Origin: a virus
Lineage: Duplodnaviria; Caudoviricetes
Length of the DNA stretch: 47,260 bases
Virus record (IMG/VR): IMGVR_UViG_3300036045_000022
Span: 1-47,260 of that record
Reading direction: 5' to 3' (one strand)
The translations under genes were made by a program, and so were the position numbers. The notes below the pieces were generated by a model that saw nothing but the letters and a program-made list of their open reading frames with translations, did not search any database and was not told the DNA's origin. Below, one piece after another: positions 9,632-18,768 of this stretch (the first letter of the stretch is position 1; each line of letters opens with the position of its first letter).

Positions 9632-9916
9632 ATGCCGGTCGGGTCCGCCACTCTTGACTTCGGTGCTGCGCCCGGCAGCAGCGAGGCGTCGGTTGCCGTA
9701 ACCGGGCAGGCGGCTATCGTCGGCAGCAGCGTGGTCGAGGCGTTCATCATGGCCGACGACACCACGGTGGAGCACACGGCCGCGGATCACCGCTACTTGG
9801 CGGCGATGCTCGGCATCACCTGCGGCGCGGTGTCGGCAGGCGTGGGATTCACGATCTTCGGCCGCGCGCTCGACAAGATCGAAGGCCGCGTCGCGGTGCG
9901 ATGGGTCTGGACATAG
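9632..9916 (+). CDS. small structural/fibre-associated protein
   Basis: Tightly packed ORF with beta-rich sequence. Confidence 0.55.
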   Translation: MPVGSATLDFGAAPGSSEASVAVTGQAAIVGSSVVEAFIMADDTTVEHTAADHRYLAAMLGITCGAVSAGVGFTIFGRALDKIEGRVAVRWVWT

Positions 9917-9929
9917 GGAAGGGACGATC

Positions 9930-11351
9930 ATGGCTCTCGACGTAGTTGTAGGCGGCGCGAATCTCGACGCCAACTCGAACATCAAGACGGTGCTGCCTGC
10001 ATCGGAGGCGCAGGCGGGATTCGCCGCGCTGACGACGATGGTGCACGACGGGGCATCCGGACTCCCGACCAAGGTGATGCGCGCGCTGGAGGTCTCGATC
10101 AACAAGCGCCTGCGCGTGGGCGTGGACTCCCTCTCGTTCCAAGACCGATTCAGCTACGGCGCGCAGAACAGCGCGGTATGGGCGAACGTGCTGACCACCA
10201 TGACGCTGACCTACGCCGGCGGCTATGCCGTGCTGAACGGCGGCTCGTCAGTGGCGTCGGCGGCCGTCGCGCGCATGGCGTCGTACAAGTTCTTCCCCAT
10301 CTACAACGGGGCGGGCCTCTCCTTCGAGTTCGACGCCGTGTTCACGGTCGCGTTGCAGACCAGCAACGTTCTCGAAATGGGGTTGTTCCAAGCAACGGGC
10401 ACCGCAGCGCCTACCGATGGCGTGCTGTTCCGATTCACGAGCGGCGGCGCGTTCCTCGGGGTCATCAATTACAACGGCGCGGAGACGACGACGGACCTCG
10501 GCACGGTCCCCACGACCGGCGCGGACACGACTTACCGCATCCGCGTGGAGCAGGAGGAGACGACGTTCTGGGTCAACAACGTGCTGCGCGGGCGGATCGT
10601 AACCCCGCAGGGTCAGAACGGCCCGTGCATGTCGTACTACCAGCCGCTCACCTTCCGCAACTACAACAGCGCCGGCACGTCGCTCGCGCAGCAGTTGAAG
10701 GTCGGCGAGGTTCGCTTGTTCATCCGCGACATCAACGTGCCGCGGCCGTGGCCGACCGTCATGGCGGGCGTGGGTGGCATGGGCGCGCAGGGGCAGGCCG
10801 GGCAGACGATGGGCAGCACCGCGCTCTACAGCAACTCGCTCGCCCCCGGCGCGGGCGCGGCGATGACCAACACCACGGCGGCGCTCGGCACCGGTCTCGG
10901 CGGGCAGTTCACCGCGCTACCGACGCTCACGGCCAACACGGACGGCATCCTGTGCAGCTATCAGGTGCCTGCGGGCACGGCGGCGAATCCCGGTAAGACG
11001 CTGGTCATCACCGGCATCAAGATCATGAGCGTGGTGTCGGCGGCGCTGACCGGCGGGCCTTGCATCTACGCCTACTCACTCGCATTCGGCCACACCGCCT
11101 TGTCGATGGCGACATCCGAGGGCGCGGCCACCAAGGCACCGCGGCGCGTGCCCATCGGCGTGGAGTCTGGCATCGTGGCTGGGGCGGCCGTGGGCGTCAT
11201 GGGATCGGCGCAGGGCGTCAGCATGCAATTCGCCTCGCCCATCACCGTGCAGCCGGGCGAGTTCGTGGCGGTGTGCGCGAAGAACATCGGCACCGTGACC
11301 AGCGCCGGCACCGTCACGTTCTTGGTGACGTTCGACGCGCATTGGGAGTAG
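9930..11351 (+). CDS. putative head fibre/spike protein with lectin-like beta-sandwich
   Basis: 473 aa, G/A/T/V-rich; YRIRV...TFWVNN concanavalin-like strands. Confidence 0.55.
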   Translation: MALDVVVGGANLDANSNIKTVLPASEAQAGFAALTTMVHDGASGLPTKVMRALEVSINKRLRVGVDSLSFQDRFSYGAQNSAVWANVLTTMTLTYAGGYAVLNGGSSVASAAVARMASYKFFPIYNGAGLSFEFDAVFTVALQTSNVLEMGLFQATGTAAPTDGVLFRFTSGGAFLGVINYNGAETTTDLGTVPTTGADTTYRIRVEQEETTFWVNNVLRGRIVTPQGQNGPCMSYYQPLTFRNYNSAGTSLAQQLKVGEVRLFIRDINVPRPWPTVMAGVGGMGAQGQAGQTMGSTALYSNSLAPGAGAAMTNTTAALGTGLGGQFTALPTLTANTDGILCSYQVPAGTAANPGKTLVITGIKIMSVVSAALTGGPCIYAYSLAFGHTALSMATSEGAATKAPRRVPIGVESGIVAGAAVGVMGSAQGVSMQFASPITVQPGEFVAVCAKNIGTVTSAGTVTFLVTFDAHWE

Positions 11352-11357
11352 AGCCGC

Positions 11358-11795
11358 ATGTCGCTGCTTCTCGCCCTGCAAGGCGGCGGCGGCGACGCAA
11401 CGGCGCCGGGCGCAACGATCGTTGTCGCGGCCTCGCTGATCGGCGGCGCGGCAACTGCGACATCGCAGGCGGGCGCAGCTACCATCACGGTTCCGGTGTC
11501 GCTGCTCGCCGGCAGCGCTTCGGGCAGCAGCAACGCGAGCGCCAGCGGCGCCACCATCGTGGTCGCGACGCAGTTCATCGCCGGGGCGGTCGCGGCCGCA
11601 TCGCAGGCGCAGGGCTTCATCGCCACTGTGCTCACCTCGCTGATCCCCGGCAGCGCGACCGGGGGCGGCGCAGGGAACGAGGCACCGGCGGATCCTCGGT
11701 GGACAGCATCCGGTGCCCCGTTGCGCGAGATCGAGCGCCACGACGACCAGCAAGGAACCGTCGCCCACGACGACCTCGTGCGCGAGATCGACTAG
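11358..11795 (+). CDS. hypothetical structural protein with 4 internal repeats
   Basis: Repeats of the type A.GATI.V..SL..G.A. Confidence 0.55.
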   Translation: MSLLLALQGGGGDATAPGATIVVAASLIGGAATATSQAGAATITVPVSLLAGSASGSSNASASGATIVVATQFIAGAVAAASQAQGFIATVLTSLIPGSATGGGAGNEAPADPRWTASGAPLREIERHDDQQGTVAHDDLVREID

Positions 11796-11806
11796 GAGGA
11801 TTGTGT

Positions 11807-12136
11807 ATGGCGACCAAGGTGTTCGACGCGAAAGACCCGGACGAGCAGGTCAACCTGTTCTTCGACTTCACGGATGCGCTGGCGGGCGACACCATCACTG
11901 GCTCGCCTGTAGTGGCGATCACGGTTGACGTCGGGAGCCAGGTCGCGGACGGCACGCCGACCAACGTGCTGAACGGATCGGCGACTGTCGTCTCGGGCAA
12001 CAAGAAGGTCGTGCAGCCGGTGCGCGCCGGACTCGCGGGCGCGGACTACCGCATTGAGGTTCGCGTGGACACGACCGGCTCGACGCCAGTTCGCAAGCTG
12101 GTGCTGGCGGGCGTGCTCCCGGTGCGCGATGCCTGA
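11807..12136 (+). CDS. fibre adaptor-like protein
   Basis: AGGAGG SD; KDPDE...FDF...G.AG..Y motif. Confidence 0.6.
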   Translation: MATKVFDAKDPDEQVNLFFDFTDALAGDTITGSPVVAITVDVGSQVADGTPTNVLNGSATVVSGNKKVVQPVRAGLAGADYRIEVRVDTTGSTPVRKLVLAGVLPVRDA

Positions 12137-13617
12137 TGCGCGGGCCGATCCGCCTGTCGATGGGGTTGCCGTTCACCGAGGCGGCGATGAAGGTGCGCAG
12201 TCTCGTGCCCATGCTCCCATCGGAGTATTACGGGTCCATCCCTGACGAGGCCCGGCACGCGGCCTTCACCGTCAGCACCTTGGCGTCGCTCGAGCAGATC
12301 ACTGCCGTCATGGACTCGCTCTACTCGGCCATGCGGTCTGGGATGTCCATGAAGGAGTGGCGCGAGCAGGCGCTGAAAACGGACTGGAGCCTGTCGCCTG
12401 CGCGCCTGGACCTCATCTACCGCACGCACGTCCAGAACGCCTACATGATGGGCCACTGGCGACAGTTCGAAGAGAACCGAATGCGCCGCGGTTACCTCAT
12501 GTACTCGGCCATCGACGACGCCCGTGTGAGGCCATCACACTTGGCGATGAGCGGCTACGTCGCGCGCATAGACGACGCGATATGGAATCAGTGGTCGCCG
12601 CCGTGTGGATTCAACTGCCGATGCACGCTGATCTCGTTGACGGAAGCGCAGGCCAAAGCGCGCGGCCTCGGGACGCAGCAACAACCGAACGTGTTTCCGG
12701 ACAACGGGTTCGGCCATCATCCGCGCCGCGCAAAGCAGGCCCTGTCGGAGTATTTGAACCATGCGCTGAAAACGCAGACGTCGACCGTGGCGGAGGCGGT
12801 TGTGAAGCGTGAGGTCAATGATGCCCCTCCCAATCTCGTGAAAGAGGTGCGCAAGGCATACGGGACCCACAAGTACGACGAAATCCTGATGGTCGTCGGA
12901 GACAAGCATCGCGCGCTCGGGATCGCGGAGGAGTCCGCCGTGTCCCTGATGGGATACACGGGAAAGTTCTACCGACAGATCAATGCGGCGCTTCGTGGCG
13001 ACGACGCCCTGCTGAAGAAGTGGGGGCCGGTTGCGAGCGCGGCCGAGCGCGCGCTGTCGCTGATGGACAAGTTCAAGGGAACGGTCTATCGCGGCACGTC
13101 GGCGGACTCGTTCAAGACGTTTGACGATACCACCGCGTTCTTCGCTGCGCATCGCGCGGGAAACGTGGTCGAGTACAAGGCCTTCACGAGCACGGCCAGC
13201 AAGGCCGGGTTCGGCGGCGTTCAATTCGTGATCAAGTCCGAGACCGGGGTCGCGCTGAACAATCTCTCTTACTACGCCCACGAGCAGGAAGTGCTGTTTC
13301 GGCCCGGCACCAAGTTCCGCGTCACCAAGGTGGAGTTCTACGACAACACGCAGACGGTTTCGAAGGTGTTCATGGAAGAGGTCCCGTTTGACACGCCGGT
13401 GAAACCGGGCCATTCTTTCGCCGCCATGAGCGACAACAAGCCAGCCGGTCACACGCACCCGGAAGTGCAGGATCGGTACAACGACGAGATCGCCGGGTTC
13501 GACAACCGTCAGTTCGACGCCTTCGTCGCGAAGCACGGCATGACGCCTCGCGAGTGGATTGCGAAGCACGATCCGATCTACGCCGAGCTTCTACAGCGCC
13601 AGAAGGAAGGGAAGTGA
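12136..13617 (+). CDS. MuF minor head protein fused to an ADP-ribosyltransferase domain
   Basis: MuF motifs AFTVS, RL.LIYRT, D.RVRPSH, PPCGFNCRC; ART motifs YT...Y..IN..LR, VYRG, FTSTA, EQEVL. Confidence 0.88.
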   Translation: MRGPIRLSMGLPFTEAAMKVRSLVPMLPSEYYGSIPDEARHAAFTVSTLASLEQITAVMDSLYSAMRSGMSMKEWREQALKTDWSLSPARLDLIYRTHVQNAYMMGHWRQFEENRMRRGYLMYSAIDDARVRPSHLAMSGYVARIDDAIWNQWSPPCGFNCRCTLISLTEAQAKARGLGTQQQPNVFPDNGFGHHPRRAKQALSEYLNHALKTQTSTVAEAVVKREVNDAPPNLVKEVRKAYGTHKYDEILMVVGDKHRALGIAEESAVSLMGYTGKFYRQINAALRGDDALLKKWGPVASAAERALSLMDKFKGTVYRGTSADSFKTFDDTTAFFAAHRAGNVVEYKAFTSTASKAGFGGVQFVIKSETGVALNNLSYYAHEQEVLFRPGTKFRVTKVEFYDNTQTVSKVFMEEVPFDTPVKPGHSFAAMSDNKPAGHTHPEVQDRYNDEIAGFDNRQFDAFVAKHGMTPREWIAKHDPIYAELLQRQKEGK

Positions 13618-13674
13618 CCGGCGTGGCTGTTCACGCCGAAGTCCTACAGCATTAACACCATGCGCCCGCGCCGG

Positions 13675-13690
13675 TACATTCCGGCGCGTG
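13675..13690 (+). promoter_or_regulatory. candidate late promoter -10 (TACATT), 7 nt before the protease GTG
   Basis: TACATT at 13675-13680 with no -35 or SD; position analogous to the Mu late promoter upstream of gene I. Confidence 0.35.
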
Positions 13691-14677
13691 GATCCGAAGC
13701 ACCTTAGCCCGGTAGCCTTCCTCGCGCCGACGCAGTTCGGCAAGCCGGGCGAAGGGGCGCGCCACTTCTCGGGTGTCGCCTACGGTGGCGGCGTCGTCAC
13801 CGACCATCCCTTCTTCACCCGCGTGGCGTTCGACCTCGAGTCGACCGAGTTGGAGACTCCCGCCCCCGCCCTGTACATGCACACGGCCCCCGTGGGCGTG
13901 ATCAAGACCGCGGTGATCAACGGGAAGATCGAAATCTCGGGCGAGCTGTTCTCGGACATCGACGACAACGCCCGCAGCATCGTCACCAAGGCGGATCGCG
14001 GGATGCCGTGGCAGATGAGCGTCGGCATCTTCCCCGGCCGCACCGAGGAAGTGAAGCCGGGCTCCAGCGTCCTCCTGAACGGGGCCACTCTGGAAGGCCC
14101 GCTGACCGTCTTTCGCGACAACCGCATCCGTGAGGTGTCGTTCTGCCCGCTCGGGGCCGATCACACGACCGGCGTGCGCGTCTTTTCCTTCATCGGCTCT
14201 ACGCAGCCGCGTCAACAGGAGCAACCCATGAGCACAATCGAACGCGCGGAGCACGACCGCATCGTGAACGACCTCAACGACAAGTTGAAGGCCGCGAACG
14301 ATGCCACGGCCGCGCTGCGCGCGCAGTTCGAGGCGAAGGCAAAGGCCGATCGCATCGCCGCCGTGAAGGCGCTGTTCGCCGCCACGAAGCGCGATTACAC
14401 CGACGACGCGGCCAAGGCCTACGTCGAAATGTCCGACGAGGCGTTCACCGCCGTCGACCGCGACCTGCGCGCCAGCTTCAAGCCCAAGCTCGACCGCAGC
14501 CTCACCACCGAGCAGGCCACGAGCGGCGGCGACGGGAACGAGACCGCGCCCAAGACGGCGGCCGAGTTCCAGGCGGCCGCGGTCAAGTACATCGCGGAGC
14601 AGAAGGCGGTCAACGTCACCGTCGACCCGGCCACCGCCATCGCGCACGTCAAGAAGCAATTCGCCGCCGCCGCGTAA
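13688..14677 (+). CDS. prohead protease-scaffold (Mu gpI/Z-like)
   Basis: FSGVAYGG, PWQMSVG, REVSFCPLGAD; coiled-coil C-terminus; start codon uncertain. Confidence 0.85.
   Translation: MDPKHLSPVAFLAPTQFGKPGEGARHFSGVAYGGGVVTDHPFFTRVAFDLESTELETPAPALYMHTAPVGVIKTAVINGKIEISGELFSDIDDNARSIVTKADRGMPWQMSVGIFPGRTEEVKPGSSVLLNGATLEGPLTVFRDNRIREVSFCPLGADHTTGVRVFSFIGSTQPRQQEQPMSTIERAEHDRIVNDLNDKLKAANDATAALRAQFEAKAKADRIAAVKALFAATKRDYTDDAAKAYVEMSDEAFTAVDRDLRASFKPKLDRSLTTEQATSGGDGNETAPKTAAEFQAAAVKYIAEQKAVNVTVDPATAIAHVKKQFAAAA
14228..14677 (+). CDS. nested in-frame scaffold protein
   Basis: AGGAG (14217-14221) precedes ATG 14228 at the domain boundary. Confidence 0.6.
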   Translation: MSTIERAEHDRIVNDLNDKLKAANDATAALRAQFEAKAKADRIAAVKALFAATKRDYTDDAAKAYVEMSDEAFTAVDRDLRASFKPKLDRSLTTEQATSGGDGNETAPKTAAEFQAAAVKYIAEQKAVNVTVDPATAIAHVKKQFAAAA

Positions 14678-14709
14678 CTGCGCGACCGGCTCACTGAAAG
14701 GATCGACCC

Positions 14710-15093
14710 ATGCCCGGCATTCGCAATCCCGAATCCATGCCGATGTTCGCAGGCGCGAGCGTCGGTCCCAACCTGATCGTCAAGATCGGCGCGGCCGACC
14801 AGACCGTGATCCCCGGCGCGGCCGCGACAGACCGCTTCGTCGGCGTGTCGGCGCAGAGCATCACGACGCCGACCGGCGAGCGCGTGGACGTCATCTACAA
14901 CGGCCAGTACGAAATCAAGGCTGGCGGCACCATCACCCGTGGCGCGCCCATCACCTCGGATGCGACCGGGCAAGGCGTCGTCGCTGCGCCTGCAGCCGGT
15001 ACCAACAACGGAATCGTCGGGTGGGCGCTCGAAGCGGCCGTCTCGGGCGACCTGTTCTCGGTGCTGATCGCGCCGGCCACGTTCCAAGGCTAA
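14710..15093 (+). CDS. capsid cement/decoration protein (DUF2190-like)
   Basis: GERVDV...AGGTI..GA.ITSDATG...G.ALEAA..GD; lies between scaffold and capsid genes. Confidence 0.8.
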   Translation: MPGIRNPESMPMFAGASVGPNLIVKIGAADQTVIPGAAATDRFVGVSAQSITTPTGERVDVIYNGQYEIKAGGTITRGAPITSDATGQGVVAAPAAGTNNGIVGWALEAAVSGDLFSVLIAPATFQG

Positions 15094-15125
15094 CGCCACT
15101 TCCGAGCAACCGAAAGGACTGAACC

Positions 15126-16064
15126 ATGCCCGCCCCCGCCCCGTTTCCCATCCAACCGGACCTCACCGCCATCGCGCTGATGTACCGGAACACCGAAATG
15201 ATCGCGGACAACGTTTTCCCGCGCGTGCCGGTGGCGAAGCAAGACTTCAAGTATTTCCGGCATGCGCTGGCGGACGGGTTCACGATCCCGGACACCAAGG
15301 TCGGTCGCCGCTCGCCGCCGACGCAGGTCGAGTTCACGGCGACCGAGGTCTCGTCGTCCTGCTTCGACTACGCGCTGGACGACAGCGTGCCGAACGAGGA
15401 CATCGAGAACGCCGGCGGCATGCCGGGGTCCGATCCCGTTCAGAAGGCGACGATGTTCGCGTCCAACCTGATCGAGTTGGACCGCGAGCAGCGCGCCGCC
15501 ACGCTGGCCTTCACCGCGGCCAACTACGCGGCGGGCCAGCAGGCCACGCTCTCGGGCGTGTCGCAGTGGTCGGACTTCGTCAACAGCAACCCGGTCGACG
15601 CGATCCTCGCGGCGCTCGACATCTGCGTCATGCGTCCGAACATCGGCGTCATCGGCCAGGCGGTGTGGACGAAGCTGCGCCAGCACCCCAAGATTCTCGC
15701 GGCCGTGTACGGTCCCGGCGGGAACGCTGGCATCGCGACGCGCGAGCAGCTGGCCTCCCTGTTCGAGCTCGACGCGCTGTACGTCGGCAAGTCGTTCGTG
15801 AACACGGCGAAGAAGGGCCAGACCGCAACGCTGGCGCGCGTGTGGGGCAAGCATGCCTCGTTCATCTACCGCGACACTCTCGCGGACGCATCGCGCGGGA
15901 CCACGTTCGGCTTCACCGCGCAGTTCGGTGGCCGAATCGCCGGTTCCTTCGAGGACCGCGACATCGGCATGCGCGGCGGCACGCGCGTCCGCGTGGGCGA
16001 GTCGGTGCGCGAGCTGATCACGGCCAACGACCTCGGCTACTTCTTCCAGAACGCCATCGCGTAG
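15126..16064 (+). CDS. major capsid protein
   Basis: 312 aa; LTAIA..YRN...IAD.VFPRVPV...LGYFFQNA pattern; synteny. Confidence 0.88.
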   Translation: MPAPAPFPIQPDLTAIALMYRNTEMIADNVFPRVPVAKQDFKYFRHALADGFTIPDTKVGRRSPPTQVEFTATEVSSSCFDYALDDSVPNEDIENAGGMPGSDPVQKATMFASNLIELDREQRAATLAFTAANYAAGQQATLSGVSQWSDFVNSNPVDAILAALDICVMRPNIGVIGQAVWTKLRQHPKILAAVYGPGGNAGIATREQLASLFELDALYVGKSFVNTAKKGQTATLARVWGKHASFIYRDTLADASRGTTFGFTAQFGGRIAGSFEDRDIGMRGGTRVRVGESVRELITANDLGYFFQNAIA

Positions 16065-16078
16065 GAAGGACCACGGTC

Positions 16079-16267
16079 ATGGCCAAGAGAAAGTACATCG
16101 TGCTCGCGCCTGTCGAGGCTGACCGGCGTTACGACATCGGAGAGTCGATCACGCTCGACTCCAAGGAAGCGGCACCGCTGCTCGCGGTGGCGGCCATCGT
16201 GGAGCCGGCTGGTAAGACGGCGGACGGCGACGACGGCCAGGGCGAAGGAACGGGCGGCGAGGGCTAA
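16079..16267 (+). CDS. small head-associated protein
   Basis: AAGGA SD; Y..GE.I.L...EA..LL...AI motif typical of genes after the capsid gene. Confidence 0.6.
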   Translation: MAKRKYIVLAPVEADRRYDIGESITLDSKEAAPLLAVAAIVEPAGKTADGDDGQGEGTGGEG

Positions 16268-16294
16268 CACCCACGACGTAGAAGAGGCACCCTC

Positions 16295-16729
16295 ATGGCG
16301 ACCCCGTATTGCTCGCAGGCAGACCTCATCGAGCGATTCGGGGTCGTTGAGCTTTCGCAGCTGACCGATCAGACAGCCGCCGCCGGGATCGACGCCGGAG
16401 AGGTGACGAAGGCGTGCGACGAGGCGACGAGCCTGATCGACGCCTACTTGGCGACGCGGTACGCCACGCCGTTGGCAACGACGCCGACGATGGTGCGCAA
16501 GTGGGCAGTGGACATCGCGCGCAAGTTCCTGTGGAAGGATCGCGCGATGGCCGACTCGGTGGTGACGTTGAATTACGACGCGGCGATGTCGCAGTTGAAG
16601 GACGTCGCGCGCGGAGTGGCGTCGCTCCCGGATGCCGATGGCGCTATCGCAGCCGGGTCCAATGGCGCGGTGTCGGTTCGGGCGTCCGACCAAGTGTTCA
16701 GCGACGACACGTTGAGCATGATGCCGTGA
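16295..16729 (+). CDS. head-tail adaptor (DUF1320 / Mu gp36-like)
   Basis: YCSQADL.ERFG..EL.QLTD...IDAYL..RY..PL...DIAR. Confidence 0.88.
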   Translation: MATPYCSQADLIERFGVVELSQLTDQTAAAGIDAGEVTKACDEATSLIDAYLATRYATPLATTPTMVRKWAVDIARKFLWKDRAMADSVVTLNYDAAMSQLKDVARGVASLPDADGAIAAGSNGAVSVRASDQVFSDDTLSMMP

Positions 16730-17208
16730 TCCAGATCCAGATCACCGACAACTCGGCCACGCCGTGGCTCATCAAGGCCGTCGAGGCAATCGACAAGCCG
16801 CGCGCGCTGCTGGACGCGGTAGGTGCAGCGCTGGTTGCCTCCACCAAGATGCGGTTCGTGGACGGCAAGGGGCCGAACGGTGAGCCTTGGGCGGCCGTGC
16901 TGCGCGGTGGGCAGCCGCTTCGCAACACCGGCGTCCACCTGATGAACGCGGTGAGCCACAGGGTCGAGAACAACGCCGACGGCTGGTCCGTGACCGTGGG
17001 CGTCCCGTACGCATGGGCGGCGGTCCATCAGTTCGGCGCGACGATCAACGCGAAGAGCGCCCCGTGGCTGCGCTTCAAGGTCGGCGACAGGTGGGCGCGC
17101 AAGAAGTCGGTCACCATCCCCGCGCGTCCGTTCCTTGGCCTGGGTCCGGATGACCGCCGGGAGATCGCGGGCATCATTTCCAGCGCCCTGCGGCCGGGGT
17201 CGCCGTGA
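16726..17208 (+). CDS. virion morphogenesis protein (Mu gpG-like)
   Basis: P.G..W, L.NTG.HL, AAVHQFG and IPARPFLG motifs. Confidence 0.88.
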   Translation: MIQIQITDNSATPWLIKAVEAIDKPRALLDAVGAALVASTKMRFVDGKGPNGEPWAAVLRGGQPLRNTGVHLMNAVSHRVENNADGWSVTVGVPYAWAAVHQFGATINAKSAPWLRFKVGDRWARKKSVTIPARPFLGLGPDDRREIAGIISSALRPGSP

Positions 17209-17630
17209 AGCTCAACTCGATCATGGCGCGCCTCGTCGACGAGGTTCCGTCGTTTCGCCTCGTGGGCGGCGCGGCCGAGTTCGAGCGCGCGGCGAACGCG
17301 CTTGCCGCCCTCCCCGCCGCCTTCGTGCTCCCGGCCACCGACACGGCCGAGGAAAACAACTTCATGGGGCAATTGGTCCAGCAGAAGGTGACGCTGCGAT
17401 TCGCCGTGCTGATCGCCGCGCGCAACCTCGCGGACGACGAAGGTGCGGCCGCAGTCGAGTCGCTCGAGCCGCTGCGCGCCGCCGTGCGCGACGCACTCCT
17501 CAACTGGCGGCCGGATGGTGCTGACGACGGTTGCGAGTACGCCAACGGTTCGTTGGTGGCGTTCACCAACGGGACATTGTGGTGGCAGGACTTCTTCACC
17601 ACGACGTACATCATCAGGAGTGCGACATGA
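17205..17630 (+). CDS. tail terminator/completion protein
   Basis: Synteny; PAAFV...AL.NW.P...LWWQD.F pattern. Confidence 0.75.
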   Translation: MKLNSIMARLVDEVPSFRLVGGAAEFERAANALAALPAAFVLPATDTAEENNFMGQLVQQKVTLRFAVLIAARNLADDEGAAAVESLEPLRAAVRDALLNWRPDGADDGCEYANGSLVAFTNGTLWWQDFFTTTYIIRSAT

Positions 17631-17785
17631 CCGACGACATCGAGACGGACGTGCAGGACCAGGACGAGCCGCAGACGATCTTCTTCCCGCCGGCCGAGGG
17701 CGGCAGCTACGTTCGCAACGAGGACGGATCGCTGTCGCGCGTCGAAGGCCCGACGTTGCCCCCCAACCCCGAACCGCAGGAGTAG
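17627..17785 (+). CDS. small acidic protein
   Basis: AGGAG SD, ATGA coupling, GGSY.R..DG motif. Confidence 0.6.
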   Translation: MTDDIETDVQDQDEPQTIFFPPAEGGSYVRNEDGSLSRVEGPTLPPNPEPQE

Positions 17786-17788
17786 ACG

Positions 17789-18712
17789 ATGGCCTCGCCC
17801 CGCAAGTTTCTCGTCCTCGCCAAGATCGAGACGACGCAATTCACCGATGCGGTGCCGACCGCGGCCGCCAACGCGATCCTCGTCAAGAACCTGAAGGTGA
17901 CCCCGCTGCGCGTGGAGTCCGAGGACCGCGCGCTGATCCGCTCCTACTTCGGCAACAGCGAGCAGCTGCCGATCATGGAAGAAGCGGTGATCGAGTTCGA
18001 CGTGGAAGTCGCGGGCAGCGGCACCGCGGCCACGCCGACCAAGTACGGGCCTCTGCTGCGCGCGTGCTCGTTCAGCCAGACCATCGCGGCCGACGTCCAA
18101 TACTCGCCGGTCTCGGGATCGTTCGAGTACGTCACGATCTACTGCTACCGCGACGGCGTTCTCTACAAGCTGCTCGGAGCGCACGGCTCTCTCTCGCTCG
18201 AAATGGGCGCGAAGAAGATTCCGCATTACCACTTCCGTTTCGTGGGCAAGTACACCGCCGTGACCGACGCGGCCGTGCCTGCCTCGCCCGACTTCACCGG
18301 GTTCTACACGCCACGCGCATCGATCCCGACGTGGACGGGCACTCTGACGCTCGACGGCTACGCGGCCAAGGTGTCGGCGTTCTCGGTGGATATCGGGACC
18401 GAGGTCAGCCACGCGATCTGGATGAACAACGAGACGCTGGCGCCGGTGGATCGCAAGCCGAAGGGCGCGATCACGGTCGAGGCGGTGACTATCGCCACCA
18501 AGAACTACTTCACGCTGGTGCAGAACGCGACGCTCTGCGTGTTCACGCTGACCCACGGCACGGTCACCGGCCAGATCGTGCAGTTCGATGCGCCGAAGGT
18601 GCAGCTGGTGGACATCGCCGAGGCCGAGTATGCCGGCGCGCTGGCCTACACCTTCAATGTGACGCTCAACCCGAACACCGGCAACGACGAGTTCAGGATC
18701 ACCACGAAGTAG
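17789..18712 (+). CDS. major tail (tube) protein
   Basis: LAKIET...G.LLRAC...HGT..G pattern; no sheath gene present. Confidence 0.85.
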   Translation: MASPRKFLVLAKIETTQFTDAVPTAAANAILVKNLKVTPLRVESEDRALIRSYFGNSEQLPIMEEAVIEFDVEVAGSGTAATPTKYGPLLRACSFSQTIAADVQYSPVSGSFEYVTIYCYRDGVLYKLLGAHGSLSLEMGAKKIPHYHFRFVGKYTAVTDAAVPASPDFTGFYTPRASIPTWTGTLTLDGYAAKVSAFSVDIGTEVSHAIWMNNETLAPVDRKPKGAITVEAVTIATKNYFTLVQNATLCVFTLTHGTVTGQIVQFDAPKVQLVDIAEAEYAGALAYTFNVTLNPNTGNDEFRITTK

Positions 18713-18768
18713 GCACCATCCGCTGCGCCGGGCGGATGCCGGCGCGATCAACGCAGGGAGGGGTTTCA

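Noticed and set aside
1526-17208. Transposable (Mu-like) phage
   Set aside because: No MuA/MuB genes seen; a tyrosine integrase and tRNA attP are present.
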